Numbered from the whole stretch's first letter, positions 1 through 13,700 are shown. The stretch: 52,403 bases of DNA, filler included, from Sphacelaria rigidula (GCA_964200075.2; 4 parts of 4 records of this genome joined end to end with filler, not necessarily neighbours in it); one strand, 5' to 3'. The notes: generated from the sequence alone by a model not told the origin. Numbers and translations: made by a program.

Positions 1-114
1 TTCGGTCGATTTTTGGCAACCGAAAAACCGAATTTCAAAACCCGGTTTCGGTTGGCAAAAACCGACGAAAAGCCGACCGAAAACCGAATTTTCGGTTTTT
101 GGTTCACAACACTG
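1..114. mobile_element. Right end of a hAT-like DNA transposon (subterminal repeats plus TIR)
   Basis: Dense AACCG/CGGTT motifs in both orientations end in ...GGTTCACAACACTG. Its reverse complement, CAGTGTTGTGAACC, is a typical hAT terminus. The other end lies off the contig. Confidence 0.55.
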
Positions 115-2626
115 CCGTGTGCACAGCGAACGAAATCGATTCCGCCGCACTAGTGTACACATAAAAATATTTCGTGAGGTAAGAACATTTCTTTCATGAG
201 AGATGGCCTCATCGTCAAATGTACCACAAGAGCTCAGCATGGGCATCTTCGGGCCGCTCTTCGAGAGAAAAACCTGCACAGCACATATCCTCCTGCGCCC
301 TTCACGGCACGCACATGCGCACCCAACAGAAAAGTTGAGTATGGCCATAATAGTCCCGCGATAGCATTTCAAATCGCCTCCGGGCAGAACGTGAAATGGA
401 CCTGAACACAGCGACTCTTGGCAACGACTTGCTTCCCCAAGCTTCTGGACAGGACTGCCAGATAATGGAATCACGACCCTACGCACGGATAATGTGCACG
501 CGGTCTGCTGGCGACGCCGGGGCAAAAAAATGCAGGCTCGTTCGGAAAAGATAGCAACATCAAAAGAATGGGATAAATTCCGCCTGGTATAGCTGCATAA
601 ACGCGCATGCATCCTGTTTTCCCCGCAATCTATCACACGGGACGCACACCCTTTGCACTGAATCCATGTACTCGTAGAACAGAACAGTAGTAGAAGGAGG
701 AAAAGAGGCCTGTTTACAGGGGGGCATCAGTTTGACGCGAGCGGACAAACCTCGAATAACTCTCCGCCGCAAGTGATATACTCAGATAGGCGGCGCAATT
801 ATGTGAGGCGATCCCCCAGCACCAGTTGGTCAAGTTTCGAAAAGCCACACTATGGGCTGCAGGAGACATGAGTGCGTGCATTTTCATCACTCTCTGGGAC
901 CAAACGCGACGGATGAAGGCTGGGTTTTCATCTGCTGGCTGCCGAGGACTCCCGACCCTACTCTGCGCACGAGTGTACTGTGCGGTCCTACTGTTGTCTG
1001 GTGCACATTCCTGTGATGCCTTGTCGACTACGCGTAGTGCAGTTGTAGTCTGTTTCCGTGTGTTTCATGCGGTATAGAGGTCAGCATATGCTCAAGAACA
1101 ATGAAGGCCACAATTAGTGTGACTACAGGGGGTAACAAAAACGGTGTGTAGCAGCTCTGCCTAGTCCTGTTTGCTTGGTTCCATGAGTGAGCAGCAAGTG
1201 ACGCAGTCGACACAAAGGGTGAGGATTGGTCCGAGTCGAAAGCCAGCTGGTGTCTGAGTGTCTTCGTCGCTCAGCCTGCCTGTTACCAGGCTCTGAGAGG
1301 AAGGTGTTATGAAGTTTCTGAGAGAACAGTTACGCTGAGACAGCTGTCCTGTCCTATACTTGACATTTCCATCTAGTCTGCTGTCTGTATGTAGTAACAT
1401 GCACAGATCCACGTATCGTAGCTGTTCTTTCGTTGCTCTGAAAGAACAGAGATGCGCCGCCTTCATTTTTATTATGCACAACTGCAAGAGGGATAGTATG
1501 AGCGTGCGGCACAAAGACAAAACGGAGCAAAGCAGAGCATTTGGAAAATACAGTACATACTAATAGATGGACGCGTAGGGTGCCAGAGGAAATGCCTGAA
1601 ACACGGCAAGTCGTGTGGGTATTGTTCCATAGAGGAAGCGGCACTATACAGACTAGTAGTAGCCAGTAAATTGGATTGATCTATTATGCCGTACTTCTTC
1701 TCCTCACCGTTTTGATGCGGGACGAGGACGTCCAGACTCTGCCGAACAAGAAACACGATCCAAGCGGCCAGCTAAGACCGAGTGCCAATAACCCGAGACG
1801 TCCGAGACACATTGGTGTCGGAAGGAGGAAGGAGGTGTCGTACGGCACTGAAGTACTGTAGCACAACAACAGTGACCGGTGACATGTGTCCAGGAAGAGA
1901 CACGTTCGAGTAAGATTTTATTTTTCAAGGGCGAAGAAAAGTTTGAGAATATTCTATTGGATAGTCATGGAATATGACCACAAAAATATACAACAAAAAT
2001 CCACGACAAAAACTTGATCTCAATCTTCTCCGGCGATCTTTTGACAGGAAGATATGGACAGCGTCTACAGATGCACTTTATCGTGCGAGTTCGCTTCCTA
2101 CCCTTACCCCATCCTCCGACCGACTATCACAACACGCGATGGCTATCCGATCAGTTTATCGTGACCCCAGTGCTAATGCAGTGAAGCTCCGACACTATCC
2201 GCTGAACAGCGAACTAACTGTACAGTAGTAGTACGACGTGCGGAGATAAAACACGTTGCCGAGCAGCCGATAGTACGTCGTATCATTGCAGCACACCACA
2301 CAGCGGGCGGTGAAGTGCAGTTAGGGACCGTACAATTGTACAGCGCTCGTGCACAATACAGTGTGTGCACAGTAAGGTACAGGAATACCTTCCTGTCTCG
2401 ACGGATTGAACGACATATAGAACATGAAACAGACACTTTACCCACCAGGATGGGTCATCTGCATCCTACTATAGCAACTACTGTACTGTTACAGTCATGA
2501 TAATAAAAAGTAATGGTTTGAAATAACACACGAACTTCCGAGCGTGCAAAATGGTGCTTTGTCGCACATACCCTTTGGTGGTACGGAATTAGACTGAGTC
2601 CCTCGCGGACCAGTTGATCATGTACG

Positions 2627-2702
2627 CCAGCCAGTCAGTCAGTCAGTCAGTCAGTCAGTCAGTCAGTCAGCCAGTCAGTCCGTCAGTCAGTCAATCAATC
2701 AA
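2627..2702. repeat. (CAGT)n microsatellite
   Basis: Direct tandem CAGT units decaying to CAAT. Confidence 0.95.
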
Positions 2703-2840
2703 TGCGTGTTTCCCTGTGTCTGGTTCTCTTCAGCATGTCTTCTATCTACCGGAAGAGGGATTCGAGCATTGGCATTTCCTGAAATCTAGAAATTATGCCG
2801 CCATGAAAAAATGACTGCGACAAAGACAGTACATGTCTCA

Positions 2841-3149
2841 CTAGAATAACGTTTTCGTGAAATTGAGAGTAGAGCGCGGATTGAGAGTCGCTTTGATCAT
2901 TCGCTTCAACTCAGCATTTTTTGCATTCCGTGAGTGCTTTTCTTTGCCTCTATCACTGCCGTGTGCTTATCGCTATACGTCGATATCTTACTCAGGGATA
3001 GCAAGGGCCTCAGTGGCAAGCTATTACACAAAGAATATCAGGCCTCGTGAAAGGGCATTTCGGAACTGAAACGGTTCATACATCAATTGACCGTTTTTCA
3101 CTCTCATTCGCATCCTCTACTCTCAGTTTCACGGAAACGTTGTTCTAGG
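2841..3149. mobile_element. MITE, ~310 bp, ~50-bp imperfect TIRs, TCA 3-bp TSD
   Basis: Left end CTAGAATAACGTTTTCGTGAAATTGAGAGTAGAG matches the reverse complement of the right end, CCTAGAACAACGTTTCCGTGAAACTGAGAGTAGAG. TCA is on both flanks. A second copy lies at ~35156-35459 in the opposite orientation. Confidence 0.8.
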
Positions 3150-3338
3150 TCAGTGAATCTAGTCAGCAAATACAGCATCCTTTATCTTGCAGATTCGACA
3201 CGTTTCCTACGGCAAATCGCGCAATGCCGAGGTATATGAGCGAAACGTCCGCCTCGCGATAATTCCTTCATGTCGCCAATCAAGCAGATTTTTCTCCCAC
3301 GAGAGTTTCGTAACACCTATTATTATTAATTTTCAATG

Positions 3339-3705
3339 CCGGTCACCCCGGTGGCTCACTTGGTAACCTCGACACCATCTGGCGGTTGGGACGTGGGTTC
3401 AAATCTCGGACCGATCTGGGATTTTTTCTCACACAATGCCCAACAGTGGAGAGAGAGCGACTATGTCGTGGGTACACAAAATCGACTTAATGTTTGACGA
3501 GGGAAAGGGACTACTGAATCCCTTTCGCGATAAAAAGTAAAGGCAAGAACCGAAGAAGGGAGGTGGAGAACTAAAACAAACAACAAAGAAAAATATCATG
3601 TGTTGCCTTCTTCCTGTGTGACCCCTACAGGTGCACTCACATATACCGAAAGGTGGGTGTAGACCGACGCCCAGAATAGTTGGGACGACAACACAACAAC
3701 ACACA
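3339..3705 (+). mobile_element. tRNA-derived SINE, near full length
   Basis: Head CCCCGGTGGCTCACTTGG (A box) and GGTTCAAATC (B box), a unique body and a CA/ACA-rich tail. Homologous copies are at 27150-27290, 43575-43931 and 45830-46191. Confidence 0.85.
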
Positions 3706-5081
3706 TATTAAATATGGATATATATTGGTTGCTTCCCCGGCGCCGTGGCTCACTTACTCTTCTCGACACCGCGAGATTGCACTACTATCTTCAATACCGT
3801 TCGAATGAAGACCTAATCAACATGCACACATTCATGTGGCAAAAGAGTACTGTGCCATAGATATGTGCAATATACCGTACATGAAGACCGCGCTTCAGAA
3901 CCCACCTACAACATGTTGAGGTGCTCCTGTCTGTGCGTCCGTCACTCATATATTCTACCCGATGAGCTAACCACTGCACCTGTGCAACAATACCTATAAA
4001 TACGAGCTACTTGAACAGTCTCAGAAGTACAATGACCCACACAACCCACGAACCGACTAAACATGTAGATTGATCACGGGACACGCCGAAGCATCACTAT
4101 TTGGGAAATGAAAAATCCCTCCTCGTAGGCAACGCAGCACAAGCATTCTCCGGGCTCACACCCCTCCCATGCCTATTGTCAGTGTAAGATCACTGAATAC
4201 TTCAACCCTTCGCGGGAGCCTTTGGGGTCTCCTATGCGAAGCATTTGTACATGAATCAATATCAACAAGTAATCGTTCACATGGGTATATACAAAAAAAT
4301 GAAATGACTAACTACTTGGGTTAAATAATTGGCTGGAACAACAATGAAAGTGGTTCCTCGCTTTCGAGGGAAAGACCCGAGACGATTCCCTCCCCGTCGC
4401 TCATATGCGCGAAGCCCGTAGTACTACGGCAGACGGCGGTATTTGCACACGGATAAATCTGCGACAAAATATGACGATGTACTATAAACATGGATCAATT
4501 GCCGTCGTCGCCGAGATACCGACCACGACACGTCGTACCCGGCATGCAGCTATATATTACGCACACGACACATCACTTACGGTATGAACCCCCACTTCAC
4601 CCCGACTCGGCTACCTGCCCTATGAACATGCGATCTATCGGACCAGGAATAAACATTATTTCACCAACGCACGTATCTTCGAGGTATATGCAGGGGCAAG
4701 GAACGACGTTTTGGAGCTTTATCCGCAGCAGCTGGAAAGCGGAAACTACACGGAAACAGAGAGCTGGGGCACTTCAACTATTCTGTACAACACTTGCACC
4801 TGCACAAGAAAGAAACCCCGAACAGCATTGCACAGCATTGCACAGCACAGCACGGCAATACGCAAACAAATGGACCAAATGTATACAGCAAAATCGACAA
4901 TAAAGCATTTTCGCAATTCACTTGAAACGGGCAACCTTGGCTGCGGGCAAAAACCGTGTTCCTCGCTACGTTCGATCACGTCGAAAAAGGGCGCAACTCT
5001 CGATTTTCGGAGGCCGCAGGCACCCCTGGGGCTCCGAGAAGCTGCCCTTTTCGCACATCATGCCTCGTCAGGAACAGGACC

Positions 5082-6218
5082 CTAGCCGTGGGTCATGTAG
5101 TGCTTAATGACCGGGGATTGGATCCACCACGTGCACTTGAGTCCTTTGCCGCACGTGATCAAGTCTCCCGCTTCAACCAGTTCCGGTTCCCCCCCGTTAG
5201 GCGTAACGACGGCTCTGCCTTCAACAAGGAAGCACGTAGTCGTGGTCTGCGGACACGACACACAGTACAAAGCACGCGGATGAGCAGGTGTTATCTGTCT
5301 GGGAGGTTGTGTCGGACAACACCAACACCCAGCAGTGAGGTGGAGTATGCACTCCATCGCTAGCTAGTGATAATGCACGGCCGCGTGGTGTGCGTGTTGT
5401 GTAGGCGGCATTTGAACAGTTCAAGGAGAAAAACTTGTCTTTCCACGTGACGGAACGCATTACTTGTGCTGTCATGTGTTCGTACAGAGCAGAGTAGTAG
5501 CTCTCGTACATTAAAACGTTTCCATCGACAAGAAGACCCATTTCCCACTCTAGGCGTACTTTGCAGGATTCCATTTTCCACATAGACTTGCCCAACCCAA
5601 CCCCATTTCTAACACCAACGCCATTTCAAACCCCAACCCTGACCCCAGCGAGGGTAGGCCGTGTACCTTCGGGCAACGGGAATGACACCCAGCCTGCGTC
5701 GGTAGATTGCATTCTTGGTGTGCATTCGTGGACACGGTACTCTGCAACCCGCGTTGCGCAGAGTGTTGTGGTGCTTTGGCGCGTGCAAGCATAACGCATC
5801 CCTGCCTGCGCCAGAACACCTCGCAGTGTAGAAACAGCTGGTGAAAGCCTGACTCGACTCTCGGACGGAAAATAATACGCCCGCGATGGAACACTGTACC
5901 GCGAGCAAGAGAAGGATGAGGATATACCGCAGAAGGCAAAAGCCCACGTCTATATCTACTCGACCACCAGGGTACTCTGCATGCCGTCGAGCGCGGACAA
6001 CATGATATATCTTCATCACGTCATTCAAACGAGCTGAACGCTTCTCTTGGAACGCCATCTGGCGATAACGCCCCCCCTGCAATTCATGAAATCAGCCAGG
6101 CACCTAGCACATCGCTTACATCGTACACCCACTCGAAGATCCCGCTGCCGGCGTCTCGTGTGTTCCACCTTCTGATACCCAAGGCCGTCACCCGCTGTTC
6201 GTTCACATTTTTCTCCAC
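5082..6218 (-). CDS. DUF861/Cupin_3 (EutQ-like, RmlC-like cupin) protein, last two exons (6218-6120, 5246-5082)
   Basis: Phase-0 GT-AG splicing gives VEKNVNEQRVTALGIRRWNTRDAGSGIFEWVYD|TTTTCFLVEGRAVVTPNGGEPELVEAGDLITCGKGLKCTWWIQSPVIKHYMTHG*. This matches the DUF861 pattern (W..W...G.F.W.Y..ETC.LLEG.V.VTP.GGE....AGDL....G..CTW....V.KHY). Confidence 0.85.
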
Positions 6219-7071
6219 CTAAATCCGGCGGCACAAGCAGGGGCACAGGCAAGTAGAAAACACCAGTCCAAACAGTATTGTTAGAGTCAGCCGCAGGTGA
6301 AGGTAACGAATGATATATTTGTCCGTCACGGTTGCTTGGATGCCGAGATCGACCCTGGGACATGGATGGTACCCTGGAAAGTATTCGCATACTGTGCTGT
6401 AAGCTGACATCGCGAGGTGTGCGCAAAGCGTTGTGGAGCCAATCGCACTGCATTTGTAGGAATGATGCGTGTTATCGGCTTAAGACGATTATTGAGCGTA
6501 CGAAGAGATTAAGCGCATTCGGTTAATGTTTGATACCATTGAAACATAATAGCGAGTTAGTTTGGAAGTAAGCTCTGTCCAATTTTACAGTGGATGGCGA
6601 AATTCTTCGCTGCACATAAGAATTTCCTCGGACACGTTTTGCGAATCCAGCAGCCAGTGACAAGCCATATGCGTACAACACACGTAGCTCTACCACCCGC
6701 ATATCAAACATAGTAAAAATGTCAGTGATCGGGGCTGGAAGAAACCCACTTACATCTGTACGACGTTGACCGCTGCTTGCAACTTGTTCGGTGGTGTGTG
6801 TCGGCGGAAAGTCGGGAAGAAAGACGGCGAATCACGTCGGGCGGTGCTGTCTTGCTGGTGAAACACTACACGCTTTCGACAATTTCCGTTGGGAACAGTT
6901 CAAGGCATTTTCGGCACCGTAAGCCCATACTTGAAGAGATATTGCGCAAGGTATGATGCTTGCACTTTGATGCTTGTCTAGCTGACGTCAGACGTGCATT
7001 TCACATCACGTGTTTTCATCGCTTGAAGTGCCGTGTTTACTAGCACCACTCTCACCGTGATGCCCGTCATA

Positions 7072-7121
7072 TTGCTGCTGTTGTTGCTGTTGTCGTTGCT
7101 GCTGCTCCTGTCGTTGTCGTT

Positions 7122-7156
<35 letters not shown>

Positions 7157-7190
7157 TGTTATTGTTTTGTCGTTGTCGCCGTCGCCGTTA
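7072..7190. repeat. (GTT/GCT/GTC)n trinucleotide microsatellite
   Basis: Compound trinucleotide run. Confidence 0.9.
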
Positions 7191-8751
7191 GTGGTAGTGC
7201 TGCTGTTGTCGGGCTATTGATGATGACACTGCTGGTGGTGCTGTGGTTACCGATGACCCTACATCCGAAGCACACAATGTTCACGTATCGCGAACAGACG
7301 AAAAAGTTCGCACAGGTGAGGCAAAGCGACAACGAGTTGCACATACGATGCCGTGCATGCACGATGTAGAGATGATCCTAGCTTCTTGTTCGTGTTGTCC
7401 GAGCTACTGTAGACAACTGCCACTTACTTCGTATATCATAAGCCACATACACAACCGTACCTATCCAAATCATGAGCCCGAATTTCCGCGGTCGTCTTAC
7501 TCGAATGTCGAAATCACTTTTCCACTACTGACCACTGGAATCAGCAAATACACGGCCAGATATGGACTCTTGGTTCCTTTAATAAAAGTACTTACCATCG
7601 GGGTGTTGCTTTTATGTGTAACGGATTTTTTACAAACTATCTGGCGCTGAGCGACAAGCACCACTAGCTTCTAGTTCTGTTGCCGCGGTTATGTAGATTG
7701 TTTGTGACATAGAATACTTGACGGTATCTAACGGCGTCAAAGCCGGAACGCGAAGCTAAAAAATACATGGAGGAGAAAAGCGCGATGCGCTCAACACAAT
7801 ACTATTTACTGAATACAGGTACCGCAACTCTTAGCAACCAAACACACGATTAAGGTAAGAGCTTGGTAGCTTGGGGAATGGAAGGTTTCAACAAACGAAA
7901 GAGGCTCCCTCACGGTCCTACTGAATGATTTGCAGACCTGAGGGCGACAATGGGAAAACAGTGACGCCTGGGATAGATTGGCAAAGCTTGGCCACGGCGG
8001 CGACGGATGGCGATCGCTCTGCTGAGTGAGGAACAAAATAAGTCCATCTGGTCGGCATTATTTTCACAACGCGACTAAGATGCACAATATGACAACCAGG
8101 AGCTGATCTCGAGTTACCACATCAAGTATCCAGTCTTATTGACAGGATACGGACGAAAAGGCCGAATGTATTGCGGGGGACTTCTCTCGGGGATAATCAT
8201 CGTGACGGGTATAGCTAAGAATGTAGAGGAGAATCGCCGTCCGATGAGCTTCCACAGCTGTGGACGATTCCCGCCTCGGACACTCAGCATAGCTGGGTCG
8301 CTGAGGGCAAGATTTCGTGCGTTCAGAGCCGATGGGTCGGAGCTATGAGCTCGTAACTACCTGGCATATCAAAAGGCTGACGAGGATACCACAGACATCG
8401 CTTATGGACTGCAGATACTCGGAACAACCATTTGACATCAAGTGTGGACGCATCTTGTCGAAGTACGATTGGCGGATATCACTACTTGCGTCACATACTG
8501 CAGTTGTTGTTGCGGTATACCAGAAATTTGGTGGAAATAAATTGATCAAAGTCTTACAATTTGGCTGTTTACGTAACGAGAATACAAGTGTGCCCCACTC
8601 TTCACTGAAAATCGAAATCAAGTAAGACCTGATACACGAGGACGTGTTGCGGCCATAAAACCCCTTCGAACGCGTCCGCGTGCGGACGTTACAACTCACA
8701 CGAATATCACGGCAAGACGGTGAAATTTGATGCGGGATTCATTTACCTCAA

Positions 8752-9006
8752 GAGTGATGCTACGGTAGGGGTGCACAAATATTTTCTCAGGTTAGAATTG
8801 TTAGGAACCCTTTATCTCATGCAAAACACGGTTTATGAAAATTTGTGAGAGTATGCCACGATTACTACTCCAATGTACTGGGTATCCCGAATTAATTTTC
8901 AAACGGGGATGCCCCGACTCATATTCTTGTGCATCTAGAATCGTTAGGAGCCCCTGAAAAAGACAAGATTTCGCGCAAAAAGTGCACCTCTACCGTAGCA
9001 TTGCTC
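8752..9006. mobile_element. MITE, ~255 bp, GAG...CTC termini, TCAA/TTAA flanks (Sola3-, Kolobok- or Harbinger-like)
   Basis: Left GAGTGATGCTACGGTAGGGGTGCAC matches the right-end reverse complement GAGCAATGCTACGGTAGAGGTGCAC. Confidence 0.75.
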
Positions 9007-10335
9007 TTAACGACCCAGTGGAGACCGATAATTTAACGCGCCGTTCACCATTAGTAGCACCGCAGTAGAAGAGAAATCGTAGTCCCCGCACTATATGCTT
9101 TTACGAAGAGTTTGAATGTACCATGCTTTCACTAGTCGATCACAGTACTCAGGGACACGTCATGCATTGACACCTTACATTTGATACGTAAGCTGAAACG
9201 CAGTGTACCACATACATGGTACACCACGTCATCGTCAGAGTGTGGTGCATACGGTGGCATCGTGGACGGTAAATCGTGTGTACAGAAATTTTGGTCTGCC
9301 CACCAAGCGGGTGCTTGTTATTGGGGGACATTTCCGCATCATTCCCACCAATTCGATTTGACATAATATCGTGGGTTTGACTTCAGTCTGATCCGCTGGA
9401 GCAAGTATTCTATTTATATGCACTCATGAGACCATGAGCAATAATGCGCGTTAACCCTTTGGCCGCGACGATAGTTCACCTGCTGTATCGGCATCAATTT
9501 CACTCGGATCATGTATGCGTGATCCAGATGGACTACCCGCGTCGCGGTTTACGGGTTCAGCTCCAAACATCTATACCCCATCAGATGTGCATTGACATAA
9601 TCTATACAACACGAGGTATAATGCTAAGAAATTGTGGAAGCCGCGATCCAATGCCCCCTGGACTCGCCAGGGAAACGCTAATGGTTCATGATGAGTCTCG
9701 TGACATGCTTGCAAAGGTCAAACCTGCAGTATTGTCGACACTATAATAGCTTATGCTGCCCTCACCTGAGTGTTCACCGTTCGATTTTGTCTTGTCAATC
9801 CTCCCCCGTCGAATTCCAGTTTGAGTATGTGTACACAGACACAGGATGAGGGACGCGGATTGCTGTCGGACTGATTGTATGGTAGAGAGAGGAAGCTTGA
9901 GGTGCGTGGGTGGTGGCGGGGGGGGAGCGCAGAGGTTGTGCATGGGAGACTCGGACATTGGGTACGGTCCGACCGTCTATATATGCCCGGATTTGCCCGA
10001 CTGAATTACACCGCACCCGACCAGCGAAGCGCTGCCATGTAGACTGGGGCACAACGTAAAGATGTGGCACACAGATCGGCCTCGTCTCGATGACCAGCGA
10101 CCGGGATGCAGTAGTGCCGTCTGTTGCCGTGCTGAGTGGTCTCTCTCCAGTGTGTTCCTGACTGTCGTGCCCGCAATATTAACCCGCTATAATGGCGGCG
10201 TAGCCGACCTGTGCCAGCGGGTACTTTTCGCTAGAACCAGCCATGCAGAGAGAGCTGGCAAACCACAGCTGACATCGAGTTGTCCTATGGGAGGTACCAT
10301 ATAAGTTTTTGATGGGGGTTGCAGGTGCGGTACTT

Positions 10336-10622
10336 ACCCGCAGAGTAGCTGAGGTGCAAAACTCTCGTCTTGAAGGTTCTGGCTGCGGCGGGCTGATGCG
10401 TAATTTTGGCTATTGACGGCATGGCATCAGATATTTCCTGATGGCCCGATGTTTCTTCGCTATTTTCCTTTGGCATTTTAGCGGGACAATTGCACCTTTG
10501 GCGGGTCGAGCGCCAGGCGGGACGAAGGATGTCAGTGATGAAAGCAAAAATCGGATCACAAATAGAACACAAAGAACAAAGCCCATCAGCACCGAGGCGA
10601 CTGCAGAGCCGGAGCTCCTCAT
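10336..10622 (-). CDS. Candidate first exon with a signal-peptide-like N-terminus, possibly of the cupin gene
   Basis: MRSSGSAVASVLMGFVLCVLFVIRFLLSSLTSFVPP is a hydrophobic leader followed by an SFVP (ASAFAP-like) motif. A strong GTAAGT donor sits at ~10336, but it is not in the ATG frame, so linkage is unresolved. Confidence 0.3.
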
Positions 10623-12599
10623 GATCAGAAGAGGTTATGCATCGTCACGAATGCTAGTAAGTGGCCATGTTTGCCTGTCGGGTCATCGTTAGAGAATGCA
10701 GATGTCACTCGGTGAGCTGCATGTTTGCGTGTGTACTTTCTGTATGTACGCTCTGGCTTGGTTGACTGCATAGGGTAGCAGTGGTATGAAGAATATGCTC
10801 GTCAAGTCTGCGTTCGGTAATGCGTTTCGTGATTGCGCGCGCGCAGGTACAGCTAGAGCAGGACAAGGTTTATCACATATCGCATGCACACTGACTGGTA
10901 CATTGTTGCAAGCTTGTGTGCTCCGGGAACTATGACATGACGTCACGTGACACCGGCAGGCATCGGTTCAGTACAGACAGGACAGTCAACTAGTGTACAA
11001 CATGTACAAATGACAAGATACGGTCAAGTCCTGTGCGAACATACCAAAATCATAACGTGATAGCGGTGTACGTGCTCTATCGCCCCAGGAAGTAGCACCA
11101 AAATGACTGCTACTAGACCGCTCCACACATTACAGCCGATGTTCCTCTACCGTGAGCTGGTAGCCTGCAGAGTCCTGCTCACTGCTGCTGTAGAGTGCAG
11201 CACAGCTTATACTGAAACACGTATCCAGTTTAATGGTTGATGATATTCAACGGATCTACACCCGTAGTCGTTTGTGTTCATATCTTCACGACTGCGTGGG
11301 CCCTTCTTTGTAGATGTGTGGCGAAATAGTGCGACGATAGAGTTACAAATGTTTCAAGCTCCATGGAGATGCCTTGTACCAGTTCGCAGAGAGTACATGA
11401 CTTCTGTGCTAATGGAAATGGAGAAATTTTAACGCTTTGATCGCGAGGTCGCTTTTCAGAACAATACTGCCTTTCGGAACAAATTCCCCGGGTTAAATTC
11501 AACGACGGTATTTCACTTCCGGCGCTAGCTGTATCTGAGCACCCTTACTCTGTTTGCAAGCACCTTCCCAGTGAAAGCTAAGCATTGTTTATTCTATGCT
11601 ATCATACCCCCGACTGAAGTAATGATACTCTACTCGTGAGACATGAGTCCATGTCGATAGATAAATAACGCAGAACATGGATTGTCAAGCATTGAGACTG
11701 TAAAATGAATGATATGACAAAGTACATGGTCTTACATGATATCATTCGCTACAACATACACCGTACCACAAAGAACCAACATCTGTGGAGTAACCGCAAC
11801 CCACTTCTGAATATCATATATGCATGGTAGCATTCATCACATTAGCGGGGCAAAAGAGACCAAGGGTCGGACGAATTGATGCTTCGTCGGGAAATCACTT
11901 GATTTTAGTGTAATTGATTCGTACCTTACGAATCAATCCTTAGGCTGGCTTTGTTTTCAGCGTTATTGCGACCCAGGTACGCGCAGCCCAGGTACGTGGA
12001 ATAGCATGGCACCAAAATTACGTGAAGACCTTCTTGACCGGCGCGGTCGACTTTTTTATCTCTTTCGAGAAATCATGCCTAAGAAATCGTGGATTTGGTG
12101 ATTCGAACTGGCGATGATTCGTCAGAACCGTGAAAGAGACCAACACATCGGCATATTTCTCTGACTGCAAGGAGGGTGCGTCGTCTGTTGGAACCGGCAT
12201 CGTTTTCACTTGAAAAAATATTGTATGACCCAGATGACCCACCCTGGCGGCCAAAGTGTTATCTTGGTGACTATTGATAACTGTAGATTCATCATGCCGA
12301 TCATCGTGCCGATATGATATCTCGGGATATATCATATACGGTATCGGGCGGTAGATTTCATACTCGAGGTTCTGGAGCGTGTGGACCACGAACGATTGAA
12401 CGACTGACCTAAAACTCCCAGTATCAGCAGTGGCCTCACATGATCGCTCTCACGCCTTCATGGGTGGGCTCCCGGCAGAGCTCCCAGCTGCTACACCCCA
12501 TTTCCCCGAACTCTATCATCTACCCCTCAATACCCTTTGGTTTGTACTGACATCCCTCACATAAACACGCTCCCCCCCCCTTCTCCCCCCCCGCGCACG

Positions 12600-13028
12600 T
12601 AACCCCCCTACTACGGGGTTGGCGTCGGTTGGCAATGACGCTATAAAACACGCCACTTACTGCGTAAGCTGGGCAGCCAGGGTACCGTTTTGTTTGCGCG
12701 CTTGCTTTTTTTTTTGCGGTAACCATGATGGCGGTCGAGCTGGATCCTGTTGTGCGGGGTGAGAGAAACTCAGCTCCGCGCAAAGGAGATGATCGTGCTA
12801 CGTAGTGGGTAAATGGTAAGACATCCACCAGGCAGTGTATAAGCCGTGGCTGTCACTGGAAGTGGCGATACCAGGAAATGAAGCAATTCGTTGTAGGCTG
12901 TCATCCAAACGAAAGATAATCAGTACGCTTCAGGCTCAATAATCTTGGCAGGATGCAGCTGACCCTTCATGTGACTCGCCGATCACACCACGGCGCTTCG
13001 CGCTTGGTGATTGAGTGCAAGCCTGATC
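12600..13028 (-). repeat. Repeat family R (contig-end repeat)
   Basis: Reverse-complement homolog of 13129-13520. Contains GCGCTTCGCGC at 12993-13003. Confidence 0.85.
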
Positions 13029-13128
13029 NNNNNNNNNNNNNNNNNNNNNNNNNNNNNNNNNNNNNNNNNNNNTTAATTAATTAANNNNNNNNNNNNNNNN
13101 NNNNNNNNNNNNNNNNNNNNNNNNNNNN
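13029..13128. other. Artificial contig linker
   Basis: N44-TTAATTAATTAA-N44, which places stops in all six frames. Confidence 0.99.
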
Positions 13129-13700
13129 GGTGTTATCGGCGAGTCGCATGAAAGGTGAGCTGCATCCTGCTAAGATTGTTGAGCCCGAGGCCTACTGATC
13201 CTCTTGCACTTGGATGGCAGCCTCCAATGAGTTGCTTTATTTTCTGGTGTCGCCACTGCCAGAGACAGCCACGGCTTAAACACTGCCTCGTGGTTGTCTC
13301 ACCATTCAAACACCACGTCGCACGATCATCCCCGTTGTGCAGAGTTGAGGTTCTCCCAAGCCGCACAACATGATCTAGCTCGACAACCATCATGCTTACC
13401 GGGGAAAAAAAAAACGCAAGCGCGCAAAACAAAACCGGTAACCTCGTTGCCTAGCTTACGCAGTGAGTGGCGTGTTTCACAGCGTCATCGCCAACCGACG
13501 CCAACCCCATCGGGGGTTCGCCCCTACAAAGCCGGGACGGAGCACGCCGGGTTTTCGCCGCACCAGCTTTGTAGCGGCGGGGGGGGGGGGCGGGGGGGAG
13601 GGGGGAGGGCGTACTCATATGTTGCTTGCCTTAGTCGTGTCACCATTGACCACGCATCCCTTTCGAGACGGAGCAGTGAGGGTTCGGTCCCAAAAGGGTT
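13129..13700 (+). repeat. Repeat family R, abutting and truncating the Gypsy RT
   Basis: Homologous to 12600-13028, 25650-26155 and 39120-39281. The 13605-13675 part also matches 32840-32915. Confidence 0.85.

Noticed and set aside
751..790. Kinase-like peptide EYITCGGELFE on the minus strand
   Set aside because: There is an in-frame stop a few codons upstream and no other kinase motifs nearby.
3345..3420. Functional tRNA gene
   Set aside because: The cloverleaf is degenerate and fused to a shared body and tail in multiple copies, so it is a SINE head.
12600..13520. Large inverted repeat spanning the first gap
   Set aside because: The arms lie on different contigs joined by an artificial linker.
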